From contig CAZDRU010000042.1 of the NCBI GenBank assembly GCA_964508175.1, positions 53,261-117,260 on the forward strand: a DNA stretch of 64,000 nt, read 5' to 3'. The translations under genes were made by a program, and so were the position numbers. The notes under the pieces were generated by a model. It ran no database searches and was not told where the DNA came from. It was given only the letters and a program-made list of their open reading frames with translations. Shown piece by piece: positions 1-9,515 of this stretch. Each line of letters opens with the position of its first letter. Position 1 is the stretch's first letter. Source of the stretch: an uncultured Dehalococcoidia bacterium. Lineage in GTDB: Bacteria; Chloroflexota; Dehalococcoidia; Lucifugimonadales; CAZDRU01.

Positions 1-2
1 AC

Positions 3-1583
3 GGGGAAATTGCATCGAAATCTATTCATCCAGATTTGGATGCAATTTTAGAAGATACTTATGGAATCATCGTATTCCAAGATCAAGTTCTGCTATTACT
101 ACAAAAAATTGCCGGATATTCTCTAGGGGAAGCAGATATTGTCAGAAAAGCAATGGGTAAAAAAATACCTGAACTGATGCAAAAAGAAAAACAACGATTC
201 CTTTCAGGAGCAATAAAAAACAACTTCTCAAAAGAGTTTGCTAATAACATATTTGCTCTAATCGAACCTTTCGCAGGATATGCTTTCAACAAAGCTCATA
301 GTTTTAGTTATGCTTTAATTGCCTATTGGACAGCATATTTCAAAGCTAATTACCCAATTCACTATATGATGTCAGTCCTCAATTCAAGAATTGGACATCC
401 AGATAAAATTGCAGATGTTATTTCTGAGTGTAAACGATTAAGAATAAAGGTTAAAACTCCAAACATTAATTTGAGTACTGAAGAATTTTCAATCTACAAA
501 AACGAAAAAAATCAATCTGAAATCATTTATGGATTGTCTGCAATAAAACATCTTGGGAATAATGTTAGTAAGACTATTGTTGAATGTAGAGAAAAAACAG
601 AACCATTCAATAACATGGAAGATTGCTTAAAAACAATATCCGTATGTAATTTAAATCGACGTTCTTTAGAAAATCTCATAAAATCTGGATCTTTTGACAA
701 ATTTGGAGACCGTACAATACTAATTGAAAAACTTGATTCTTTAATAGATATTTTACAAAGAGAAGCTAAAATATTATCCTCAGGGCAAGTACCTATGTTT
801 GAATCAAATCAATCAATAGAAGATAATTTCGCAAAAAACATTCATACTCCCTCAGAAAAACAACTATTACTAAAACAATATAGAGAATGGGAAGAAGAGA
901 CTTTGGGGATAGATTTAACTCCTAATAATTCACCTATTATTGATTCAATTGACCGTATTGGACCTGAATTAATAGGGAAACAAATTAAAATTGATGGAGT
1001 ACTAGTTTCTAGTAGAAAAGGCATTTCACAAAAAACAGGAACTCCTTATCTTAATGGGATCTTCAAATTAATTGGAGGTGAAATTTCAGTTAGTACATTT
1101 GGCAAAAACCACTATGATGAATTTTACAATCTTTGGGTTTCAGGAAATAAACTATCATTAGAAGGAGAACTAAAACCCCCGAGAAATAACAATCGATTCG
1201 ACTTTACTTTTACAACTGCATTGGAAACAAAAGAAATTACTTCAGAAGAAAATAAACCATTAGAAAAAATACCCGAAATAATCGAGACAAACAAAAATAA
1301 TTCATCACAAGTAATAGTAGATTTCACTATATCTAACAATGAAACTACAAATACAACAAATTTAAGACAAATTGTAGAATGTGCTAAACAATTCTCAGGA
1401 ACATCACCTCTTAGAATTTATTTTTCGTATAGCGAAGAAAAAAATGGTGATAATATTAATATATCAGCTCGAAAAAACAAAAATAAAGTTGAATTTAGAA
1501 ATATACGAGTAAAATATTGTGACGAGCTTAAGCTAGAACTCGATAAAATAGATTCTGTAGTGAAAATCTATAACAAAGTTTAA
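3..1583 (+). CDS. dnaE: DNA polymerase III alpha subunit, C-terminal part (5' end outside window)
   Basis: Frame +3 is open to the window edge (GEIASKSIHPDLDAILEDTYGIIVFQDQV). DnaE-type motifs EADIVRKAMGKK and FAGYAFNKAHSFSYALIAYWTAYFKANYP, followed by an OB-fold-like region and an Asn/Lys-rich tail. Confidence 0.9.
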   Translation, partial: GEIASKSIHPDLDAILEDTYGIIVFQDQVLLLLQKIAGYSLGEADIVRKAMGKKIPELMQKEKQRFLSGAIKNNFSKEFANNIFALIEPFAGYAFNKAHSFSYALIAYWTAYFKANYPIHYMMSVLNSRIGHPDKIADVISECKRLRIKVKTPNINLSTEEFSIYKNEKNQSEIIYGLSAIKHLGNNVSKTIVECREKTEPFNNMEDCLKTISVCNLNRRSLENLIKSGSFDKFGDRTILIEKLDSLIDILQREAKILSSGQVPMFESNQSIEDNFAKNIHTPSEKQLLLKQYREWEEETLGIDLTPNNSPIIDSIDRIGPELIGKQIKIDGVLVSSRKGISQKTGTPYLNGIFKLIGGEISVSTFGKNHYDEFYNLWVSGNKLSLEGELKPPRNNNRFDFTFTTALETKEITSEENKPLEKIPEIIETNKNNSSQVIVDFTISNNETTNTTNLRQIVECAKQFSGTSPLRIYFSYSEEKNGDNINISARKNKNKVEFRNIRVKYCDELKLELDKIDSVVKIYNKV

Positions 1584-1605
1584 TTAAAAAAATAATTTAT
1601 CTAAA

Positions 1606-4467
1606 ATGCAAACAAACGAACTAAGAAACAAATTCTTGGAGTATTTTTCCAATCGAGACCATTTGATAGTGCCAAGCGGATCTCTTGTTCCCTCGGGGGA
1701 CCCAACTTTATTATTTACTAGCGCGGGAATGGTGCCATTTAAACAATACTTCACAGGAGAAACCATTCCTCCTCATCAAAGATTAACTTCTTGCCAAAAA
1801 AGTTTTAGAACCCCTGACATAGAAGAAGTCGGAGATGAAGGCCATTTAACTTTCTTTGAAATGTTAGGAAATTTTAGTTTTGGAGACTATTTTAAAGAAG
1901 AAGCTATAGAATTTGCATGGGAATTTGTTACAAATATCATTAATTTACCGAAACATAAATTATATGTCACAATTTATGACGATGACCAAGATGCTTATGA
2001 TATATGGAAAAACAAAATAGGGATTCCTAAAAATAAATTGTTTTTTTGTGATAAAAAAGATAACTGGTGGGGGCCTGCTGGGAATGAAGGCCCTTGCGGT
2101 CCATGTAGTGAATTACATTTCGATTGGGGAGAAAAATATGGGTGTGGCAAAAAAATCTATTTCTCGAAAAAAAATCAATCTAATTTTTGTCATCCTAACT
2201 GTGAGAATTGTTCACGTTTTGAAGAAATCTGGAACTTAGTATTCATGGAATTCTATCAAGATAAAATGAAAAATTTATCTCCATTGAAAAATCCATGTAT
2301 CGATACCGGAATGGGATTAGAGAGAGTAGCTGCTATTTTACAAAATAAAAGAAGTATTTATAATATCGATTCATTTGTTCCTATTATAAAAAAAATATGT
2401 GAAGCTACCAAAATACCTTACGAATCAAATAATTTGTCCGTACGTGTGATTGCAGAACATATGAGAGCCGCAAGTTTCCTAATAGGAGATGGAGTAATTC
2501 CATCTAATGAAGGACGAGGATATGTTCTCCGAAGATTACTTCGACGAGCTGTAAGATTTTCCCGAAATATCAACAAAAAAAACCCTTTGAAATTAACAGA
2601 AATAGCTTCATTAATTTTAACAATTTTTAAAAATAGTTATGTAAATCTTGATCGAGAAAAGGATTTTATACTCAGTACAATTCAATTAGAAGAAACCAAA
2701 TTTAGCCAAACATTTGAAAGAGGCAATTTACTTCTAAAAACAATCACTGATTTTAGAAGCATAACTTCAAAAACTATCGCTAAAAAGAAGTTACCCCCTA
2801 CGGAACTTGTCAAATCGGTAATTGATATTGGCAACTCAATGCTAAAACAATTTACAACACAAAATAACGATCAAAAAAAAGGCATCGAACTTTGTATTAC
2901 CGGATTTAAAGAATACAATAATATAAAATCAATTAATCAAAACATTGCCAAAAATGTTTTTGATAATTGGCTAAAAACAATCACTGGAACAGAAGCTTTT
3001 TTTCTACATGACACTTACGGATTTCCTATAGAACTTACTCAAGAAATCAGCAATACTAATGGTTTTAATATTGATTTGGAAAAATTTAATATTCTTCTAT
3101 CTGAACAAAAAGATAAAGCAAGACATTCTTCAAAATTTTCAGGTTCAATGGAAGTTTCTTTTTCATACAAATCTTTAAAACCAGAACAATTAGAATTTAT
3201 AGGACATAATTCTACAAAAACAATTACAAAAATTGCTGGAATATTTACTAACAACAAACCAATTACTGAAGCTAAAGAAGGAAGTGAAATTGAAATAATC
3301 TTAGAATCAACTCCATTCTATCCAGAAGGAGGAGGACAAGTTGGAGATCAAGGTTCGATTATATCAAAAGATGGCCAGTTACAAGTAACTGATACAATAA
3401 TGCCAGAAGCTGGGATTATTATTCAAAAAGCATTAGTAAAACAAGGAATAATCCAATTACATTCTGAAGTTGAAGCGACAGTTAAAGATGACCATCGCAA
3501 AAAAGCTTCAAGAAATCATACCGCTACTCATCTTTTACATGCTAGTTTACGCACTGTCTTAGGAACACATGTAAAACAAGGAGGTTCTTTAATAACCCCT
3601 AATAGAATACGATTTGATTTCAGCCACAATAAACAAGTATCAAAAGAAGAAACGAAAGAAATTCAAAATATAATCAATACAAAAATAATTGAAAATTTAA
3701 ATATACAAAAAAGCATATCAACGTATGTTGAAGCAATAAATAGAGGAGCTCTAGCCTTTTTTGGAGATAAATATGGAGAAGAAGTTCGAATTGTAAAAAT
3801 TGGACTTGGCAATGATGAATTCAGCCACGAAGTTTGTGGAGGAACTCATGTAAGTATGACTGGAGAAGTTGGTTCTCTTTTTATTACAAATGAATATAGT
3901 ATCGGTGGAGGCAATAGAAGAATTGAAGCAATAACAGGACCTGACACAATAGAATTAATGAATATTTATGAATACAAAATATCCCAAATCGCAATGAATT
4001 TAAATGTTCCTATAAATGATGTAGAAGAACGCTTAAATACAATATTAAGTGAACAAAAGAATAATCAAAAACAAATTGATTCATTAAAAACAAAAGACCT
4101 AATTGAATCAGCTCAAAAAATTGCGAACAATAGCATTACCATCAAAAATATCAAATTCATGACTTCTGTTTTAGAATCAATAACTGTTGAAGAAATACGT
4201 AAAACAGGAGATTGGATTCGTAATAATATAGAACGTTCAATTAGCATATTAGGCACGCAAGACGAGAAAAAATCTTTGGTCATTATAATGTTATCAAAAG
4301 AATTAGTAGAAGAAGGAATGGATGCAAATAAATTTGCTAAATGGATCGCTCTAAAACTCGATGGTGGTGGTGGTGGAAAACAAGATATAGCTCAAGCAGG
4401 CGGTAAAAACATCAAAAATTTAGCAGAAGTTTTATCTGCATCAAAAAACATAATAATGGAGCAATAA
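1606..4467 (+). CDS. alaS: Alanine--tRNA ligase (953 aa, longer than usual)
   Basis: Class II AlaRS motifs FTSAGMVPFKQYF, HLTFFEMLGNFSFGDYFK, GPCGPCSELH, WNLVFMEF and DTYGFP. Editing-domain His/Cys motifs HTATHLLH and SHEVCGGTH. C-terminal GGGGGK. Confidence 0.95.
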   Translation: MQTNELRNKFLEYFSNRDHLIVPSGSLVPSGDPTLLFTSAGMVPFKQYFTGETIPPHQRLTSCQKSFRTPDIEEVGDEGHLTFFEMLGNFSFGDYFKEEAIEFAWEFVTNIINLPKHKLYVTIYDDDQDAYDIWKNKIGIPKNKLFFCDKKDNWWGPAGNEGPCGPCSELHFDWGEKYGCGKKIYFSKKNQSNFCHPNCENCSRFEEIWNLVFMEFYQDKMKNLSPLKNPCIDTGMGLERVAAILQNKRSIYNIDSFVPIIKKICEATKIPYESNNLSVRVIAEHMRAASFLIGDGVIPSNEGRGYVLRRLLRRAVRFSRNINKKNPLKLTEIASLILTIFKNSYVNLDREKDFILSTIQLEETKFSQTFERGNLLLKTITDFRSITSKTIAKKKLPPTELVKSVIDIGNSMLKQFTTQNNDQKKGIELCITGFKEYNNIKSINQNIAKNVFDNWLKTITGTEAFFLHDTYGFPIELTQEISNTNGFNIDLEKFNILLSEQKDKARHSSKFSGSMEVSFSYKSLKPEQLEFIGHNSTKTITKIAGIFTNNKPITEAKEGSEIEIILESTPFYPEGGGQVGDQGSIISKDGQLQVTDTIMPEAGIIIQKALVKQGIIQLHSEVEATVKDDHRKKASRNHTATHLLHASLRTVLGTHVKQGGSLITPNRIRFDFSHNKQVSKEETKEIQNIINTKIIENLNIQKSISTYVEAINRGALAFFGDKYGEEVRIVKIGLGNDEFSHEVCGGTHVSMTGEVGSLFITNEYSIGGGNRRIEAITGPDTIELMNIYEYKISQIAMNLNVPINDVEERLNTILSEQKNNQKQIDSLKTKDLIESAQKIANNSITIKNIKFMTSVLESITVEEIRKTGDWIRNNIERSISILGTQDEKKSLVIIMLSKELVEEGMDANKFAKWIALKLDGGGGGKQDIAQAGGKNIKNLAEVLSASKNIIMEQ

Positions 4468-4471
4468 AACC

Positions 4472-4900
4472 CTGAAAATTTTATCTCTTGACATTGGAAC
4501 TGTACGAATAGGGGTTGCAATTAGTGACGAATTAGCTACTTTTGCATTTCCTTTAATATGTATAAATCGCAATATTAATAACGAATTTGAAGAATTATTA
4601 AAAATAATTGAAGAAAATAATATTTTAACTGTTGTCATTGGAATTCCATATTCGATGGATGGAAAAATAAGAGAACAAGGAGAAAAAAGCTTAGAATACA
4701 TTTCTTTGCTCAAAAAGAAAATGCCAAATCTTATAATCGAAACATGGGATGAACGTTTATCAACAGTACAAGCAAAAAAAATACTACATAGTCAAGGCAA
4801 AAAACAAAGAAAGAAAATTGCTAAAAAAGGATCAGACGATTCTATTGCTGCGGCAATAATACTACAAGCATATCTAGACTCACAATCACATCAAAATTGA
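4472..4900 (+). CDS. ruvX: RuvX/YqgF-family putative pre-16S rRNA nuclease, apparently using a non-canonical start (CTG 4472 or ATT 4478)
   Basis: The frame is open from 4457 and encodes (L/M)KILSLDIGTVRIGVAISD...VVIGIPYSMDG...WDERLSTVQA, the YqgF signature. The ORF track starts only at M4655 because no ATG/GTG/TTG lies upstream. GGAG at 4458-4461. Confidence 0.75.
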   Translation: MKILSLDIGTVRIGVAISDELATFAFPLICINRNINNEFEELLKIIEENNILTVVIGIPYSMDGKIREQGEKSLEYISLLKKKMPNLIIETWDERLSTVQAKKILHSQGKKQRKKIAKKGSDDSIAAAIILQAYLDSQSHQN

Positions 4901-4910
4901 TATATTATTA

Positions 4911-5762
4911 ATGATTAAAACAGAAAACATACTTGGTATCATCGGACATCCGATTAAGCATTCAATTTCACCTGCAATACATTCAGTTGCTATCAATCAT
5001 TGGAATTTACCTCTAGAATACAAAAAATGGGACTTATTACCTGAACAATTAGGACATTTTATTGAAACAATAAAATCTAAAAAAACTATTGGAATAAATG
5101 TAACAGTACCTTATAAAACAACAATAATGGATTATCTCGATCATATAGACCCATGGGCAAATACAGCAGGTGCAATCAATACAATTAGAAAAAAAGACGA
5201 TAAATTAATTGGATACAATACTGATGGGATTGGATTTATGGAAAGCTTAGAAAAAGATTTTCAACTTGAGATTAATAATAAAAACATTATGGTGTGTGGA
5301 TCTGGAGGTTCTGCGAAAGCAATAACCTTATCGCTTACAAATAAAAAGATCAACCTAATAGCATTCTGTAGTAGAAACTTAGAAAAAACTCAATACTTAT
5401 TAAATATATGTAAACAAAACAAAATAAAAACGACATGGATTCCACTCAATAATAACCAAGCAGGACAAGAATTAAATAATTTTGATCTTATTATAAATTG
5501 CACTCCTGTTGGCATGAAAAATACTGAATTAGAAAAGGAAACACTTTTTAACGAAAATCATTTTACCAACAAACAATTTGTTTTTGATTTAGTCTACAAT
5601 CCATTAAAAACAGAATTATTGAAACAAGCTGAAAAAGCTGGAGCATTAACATGTGATGGCTTAGGTATGTTAGTACGACAAGCAGCTCATTCTTTCAAAA
5701 TTTGGACAGGAAAAGACGCTCCTATTAATAAAATGATGACTAAAGCACGAACTATTCTGTAA
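4911..5762 (+). CDS. aroE: Shikimate dehydrogenase
   Basis: ILGIIGHPIKHSISPAIHS N-terminal substrate domain, NTDGIGF, GSGGSAKA Rossmann motif. Confidence 0.9.
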   Translation: MIKTENILGIIGHPIKHSISPAIHSVAINHWNLPLEYKKWDLLPEQLGHFIETIKSKKTIGINVTVPYKTTIMDYLDHIDPWANTAGAINTIRKKDDKLIGYNTDGIGFMESLEKDFQLEINNKNIMVCGSGGSAKAITLSLTNKKINLIAFCSRNLEKTQYLLNICKQNKIKTTWIPLNNNQAGQELNNFDLIINCTPVGMKNTELEKETLFNENHFTNKQFVFDLVYNPLKTELLKQAEKAGALTCDGLGMLVRQAAHSFKIWTGKDAPINKMMTKARTIL

Positions 5763-5796
5763 AATATAATAATATCTTATAGGAGTAAAATTAATA

Positions 5797-6969
5797 ATGT
5801 TACGATTTTTAACATCTGGCGAATCTCATGGCAAAGGATTAAACGCTATTTTAGAAGGCATGCCAGCAGGATTAAAAATATCTGAAAATGATATAAAATT
5901 TCATCTTTCTCGAAGACAAGAAGGTTATGGAAGGGGAGGAAGAATGAAAATTGAAAAAGATTATGCAGAAATAATTTCTGGAGTTAGACATGGATTAACA
6001 TTAGGAAGCCCTATTGGTTTATTTATCAAAAACTTAGATCATGAAAATTGGCTAACTAAAATGAGTATAGAAAAAATTGATGAAGAAATCGAAAGAATTA
6101 CAAAACTGAGACCAGGACATGCAGATTTTGCCGGTAGTATGAAATATGATTTCGACGATGTTAGAAATGTATTAGAAAGATCTAGTGCAAGAGAAACAAC
6201 TGCAAGAGTAGCAGTAGGTTCTATTGCACGAAAATTATTAGAAGAATTTAATATCAAATTACATAGTCATGTAATATCCATCGGAGGCATAGAAACAAAA
6301 CAAACAAATGAACCCATTAATTGGGAAAATGTAGCAAATTCTCCCGTAAAATGTGCTGACCCCGAAATATCTAAAGCCATGATGAAAAAGATTGATGAAG
6401 CGAAAAAAAGAGGTGATACTGTAGGAGGAATAGTAGAAATTATAGTTACTGAAGTTCCTGTTGGATTAGGCTCGTATGTACATTGGGATCGAAAAGTAGA
6501 TGCCCGAATTGCAGAAGCAATAATGTCTATCAATGCGGTAAAAGCGGTATCAATTGGAGATGGATGGGAAAGTGTTAACGAATTTGGTTCTGATGTACAT
6601 GATGTTATAAATCCGATTGATCCTAATTCTGAAAAAAAATTCTGGGATCGTCAGACAAATAACTCTGGAGGAACTGAAGGAGGAATGACTACTGGAATGC
6701 CTTTAAAGATCAAATTTGCTATAAAACCAATATCAACTTTAGCAAAACCTTTACCTTCAGTTAATTTAGACACAGGAGAACTAGTTGAAGCCCATTATGA
6801 AAGAAGTGATGTTTGCCAAGTACCTCCTGCTGGAGTAATAGGAGAATCAATGGTGGCATTTGTATTAGCTGATCTTTTTTTGGAAAAATTCGGTTCAGAT
6901 AATATAAACCATATAAAAACAAATTATACCGAATATGTAAAAACGATTAAGCCTCGAAATTTTCGTTAG
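5797..6969 (+). CDS. aroC: Chorismate synthase
   Basis: MLRFLTSGESHGKGL, RRQEGYGRGGRM, RPGHADFAG, ERSSARETTARVA. Confidence 0.95.
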   Translation: MLRFLTSGESHGKGLNAILEGMPAGLKISENDIKFHLSRRQEGYGRGGRMKIEKDYAEIISGVRHGLTLGSPIGLFIKNLDHENWLTKMSIEKIDEEIERITKLRPGHADFAGSMKYDFDDVRNVLERSSARETTARVAVGSIARKLLEEFNIKLHSHVISIGGIETKQTNEPINWENVANSPVKCADPEISKAMMKKIDEAKKRGDTVGGIVEIIVTEVPVGLGSYVHWDRKVDARIAEAIMSINAVKAVSIGDGWESVNEFGSDVHDVINPIDPNSEKKFWDRQTNNSGGTEGGMTTGMPLKIKFAIKPISTLAKPLPSVNLDTGELVEAHYERSDVCQVPPAGVIGESMVAFVLADLFLEKFGSDNINHIKTNYTEYVKTIKPRNFR

Positions 6970-7000
6970 TAATAATTTATTTTTTCTAAGCGTAATAAAA

Positions 7001-8629
7001 ATGACAGTACAAAAAATTTATCTAGTAGGATTTTCATATACCGGCAAAACTACAATAGGTCGTTTATTGGCAAAACAACTAGGCTGGTTATTCTATGATT
7101 TAGATGAAATGATAGTAAAATTCCACAAAAAATCTATTCCTGAAATATTTAACAATGAAGGAGAAAAAAAATTTCGACTCCTCGAAACAAACGCTTTAAA
7201 AAGAATTTCTAAAGATAAAAACATAGTGGTAGCAACGGGAGGAGGAGCAATAACACAAAAAAATAATCGTGAAATTATGCAAAACGGGTTTACTGTTTGT
7301 CTTGAAGCAAAACCAAAAACAATTTTAACTCGATCTAAAAATAGTCTGGAAACCAAACGTCCATTATTAGAAATTAATCAAAAAAATAGTGAAGTTAAAA
7401 TTAAAACATTAAAAAAGGAACGGCAATTTTTTTATTCATTATCAGATTGTACTGTTCATACAGATAGTTTAGAACCAGAAAAAATAGCAAACGAAATAGA
7501 ACGGTTATTAGATGTATACACTCCAATAATTCAACAATCTAATAATACAATACCAGTACGTCATAAACATGGAAGTTACAATATTGATGTAGTATCGAAT
7601 AATATCCCGAGATTAATAAATAAATTGCAATCGATGAACCATTCAAAAATATTCATCATTACTGATACAAATGTTTGGAATGCTTTAGGCAAAAAAATTC
7701 AAAACGCTTTTGATAGCGCAAATATTCCCTTCCATCTTTTCGAAGTTAAACCTGGAGAAAAAACAAAAAATTTACAAACTGTAGAATATCTTTATGATGG
7801 ACTCATAAAAGCACAAGCTGAAAGAAATGATACTCTTATTGCCTTCGGAGGAGGAGTAATAGGCGATCTTGCGGGATTCGTCGCAGCAACATTTATGAGA
7901 GGAATTCGTTTTGTAAATGTGCCTACTAGCCTTACTGCAATGGTAGATTCATCTATTGGAGGAAAAGTAGGAATTAACTTAAATATTGCGAAAAACATGG
8001 TAGGATCATTTTATCAACCTTATTTTGTTTTCAACGATATTTCATTCCTTCAAACTCTTGGCGAAAGAGAAATTTCTGAAGGATGGGCAGAAGCAATAAA
8101 ACACGCTATTATTTTAGATCCTTCATTATTTAAAATATTTCAAAATAATATATCAAAAGTAAAAAATTTAGACGAAATATTAATTAAAGACTTAATTATA
8201 AAAAGCATACAAATTAAAGCTAAAATTGTCTCTGAAGACGAATTTGAAAAAAGAAATAGGAGAATTCTGTTAAATTTTGGACATACTATCGGACACGCTT
8301 TAGAAGCTGAAGGAAATTTTGGAACTTATTTACATGGAGAAGCAGTATCAATAGGAATGATAGGAGCTTTATTAATTTCTAAAAAACTTGGATTAGTATC
8401 AAAAGAAATATTGCAATCAATTTCCGAACTCTTGGAATCATATAATTTGCCAATAAAAATTAAAAATTTGAAAACTCAAAATATATTCAATAGATTAAAA
8501 CATGATAAAAAAATGGAAAAAGGATCTCTTAAATGGGTTCTATTAAAGGATCTAGGAAAAACAATTATTAAACAAAATATTCCCGAAACAATTATTATTG
8601 ATTCAATAGAAAAACTAGTACAAAAATAA
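7001..8629 (+). CDS. aroK/aroB: Bifunctional shikimate kinase / 3-dehydroquinate synthase fusion
   Basis: N-terminal P-loop GFSYTGKTTIG with a shikimate-kinase-like ~170 aa. C-terminal DHQ synthase motifs GGGVIGDLAGFVAATFMRGIRFVNVPTSLTAMVDSSIGGKVGIN, GHTIGHALE, HGEAVSIGM. Confidence 0.9.
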   Translation: MTVQKIYLVGFSYTGKTTIGRLLAKQLGWLFYDLDEMIVKFHKKSIPEIFNNEGEKKFRLLETNALKRISKDKNIVVATGGGAITQKNNREIMQNGFTVCLEAKPKTILTRSKNSLETKRPLLEINQKNSEVKIKTLKKERQFFYSLSDCTVHTDSLEPEKIANEIERLLDVYTPIIQQSNNTIPVRHKHGSYNIDVVSNNIPRLINKLQSMNHSKIFIITDTNVWNALGKKIQNAFDSANIPFHLFEVKPGEKTKNLQTVEYLYDGLIKAQAERNDTLIAFGGGVIGDLAGFVAATFMRGIRFVNVPTSLTAMVDSSIGGKVGINLNIAKNMVGSFYQPYFVFNDISFLQTLGEREISEGWAEAIKHAIILDPSLFKIFQNNISKVKNLDEILIKDLIIKSIQIKAKIVSEDEFEKRNRRILLNFGHTIGHALEAEGNFGTYLHGEAVSIGMIGALLISKKLGLVSKEILQSISELLESYNLPIKIKNLKTQNIFNRLKHDKKMEKGSLKWVLLKDLGKTIIKQNIPETIIIDSIEKLVQK

Positions 8630-8642
8630 ATCAGAATACGTA

Positions 8643-9410
8643 TTAATTTTTATCTGCAAAATTAATTACTGATGGAACAATCGCAGAAATTGCTGCCAAT
8701 ATCACTATTCCTAAAGCAAGTAATCGAAAATATTTTTCATTGATAAGGTTAACTAATTTCATTGATATTAAGAAACCCGCAATAAGCGCTGGCAATAATT
8801 TCAAATCAAGTATCATCGTATTTTGAGTAACTGTTCCTGAACTTAAAAGAGCAATCAACCCAAAAACATGCAGAATTAAAAGAAAACATGCAACAATTCT
8901 ACGAAATTCAAGCTTAGGAATTTTCATAGCAGTCAAATATAAAATAACTAATGGCCCGGATAAACTTGTGCTTGTCACTAACACGCCACTTGCAAATCCA
9001 ACAATGATATCCTTAAATATACCTCGTTTAATCTTAATGTTTTTAGGCAAGAAAACTATAATGCTAGCAAAAAAAAGAATAATAATACCTATAAGTATTT
9101 TTAATATATCTGGGTCACTATTCAATAAAACAAAAATTCCTACAGGTATTCCTACTAATCCACTTAAACCTAAAATTAATACCTTATTAAAAACAGGACG
9201 TTCTCGATTCCAAAATATAACGCCAATATTCACTATAGTAGTCAATGGAAGCAAAATTGCGACAGCTTTTTGAGGTTCAAAAAAAAGAAGTATTAAAGGT
9301 GTTGCTATTAGATTAAAGCCAAATGCAGTGGTACCTTTTATAATAGAACTTATGAAAACAACACTAAGAAAAAATATTAATACCGATAAAGGCAAATCAT
9401 TAATATTCAA
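8643..9410 (-). CDS. TauE/SafE-family (sulfite-exporter-like) anion permease, TTG start
   Basis: 255 aa with 7-8 hydrophobic helices. N-terminal helix IKGTTAFGFNLIATPLILLF resembles the TauE family. GAGGA lies 8 nt upstream of the TTG. Confidence 0.5.
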   Translation of the reverse strand: MNINDLPLSVLIFFLSVVFISSIIKGTTAFGFNLIATPLILLFFEPQKAVAILLPLTTIVNIGVIFWNRERPVFNKVLILGLSGLVGIPVGIFVLLNSDPDILKILIGIIILFFASIIVFLPKNIKIKRGIFKDIIVGFASGVLVTSTSLSGPLVILYLTAMKIPKLEFRRIVACFLLILHVFGLIALLSSGTVTQNTMILDLKLLPALIAGFLISMKLVNLINEKYFRLLALGIVILAAISAIVPSVINFADKN

Positions 9411-9515
9411 AATAATATCCTCATAATACTTAGTTTCATTTTAAATGAAAAGATATTTATAATAAATTCAAAACATTGATATTTTATCTTTGGATAACTC
9501 ATATTGAATAATAAT

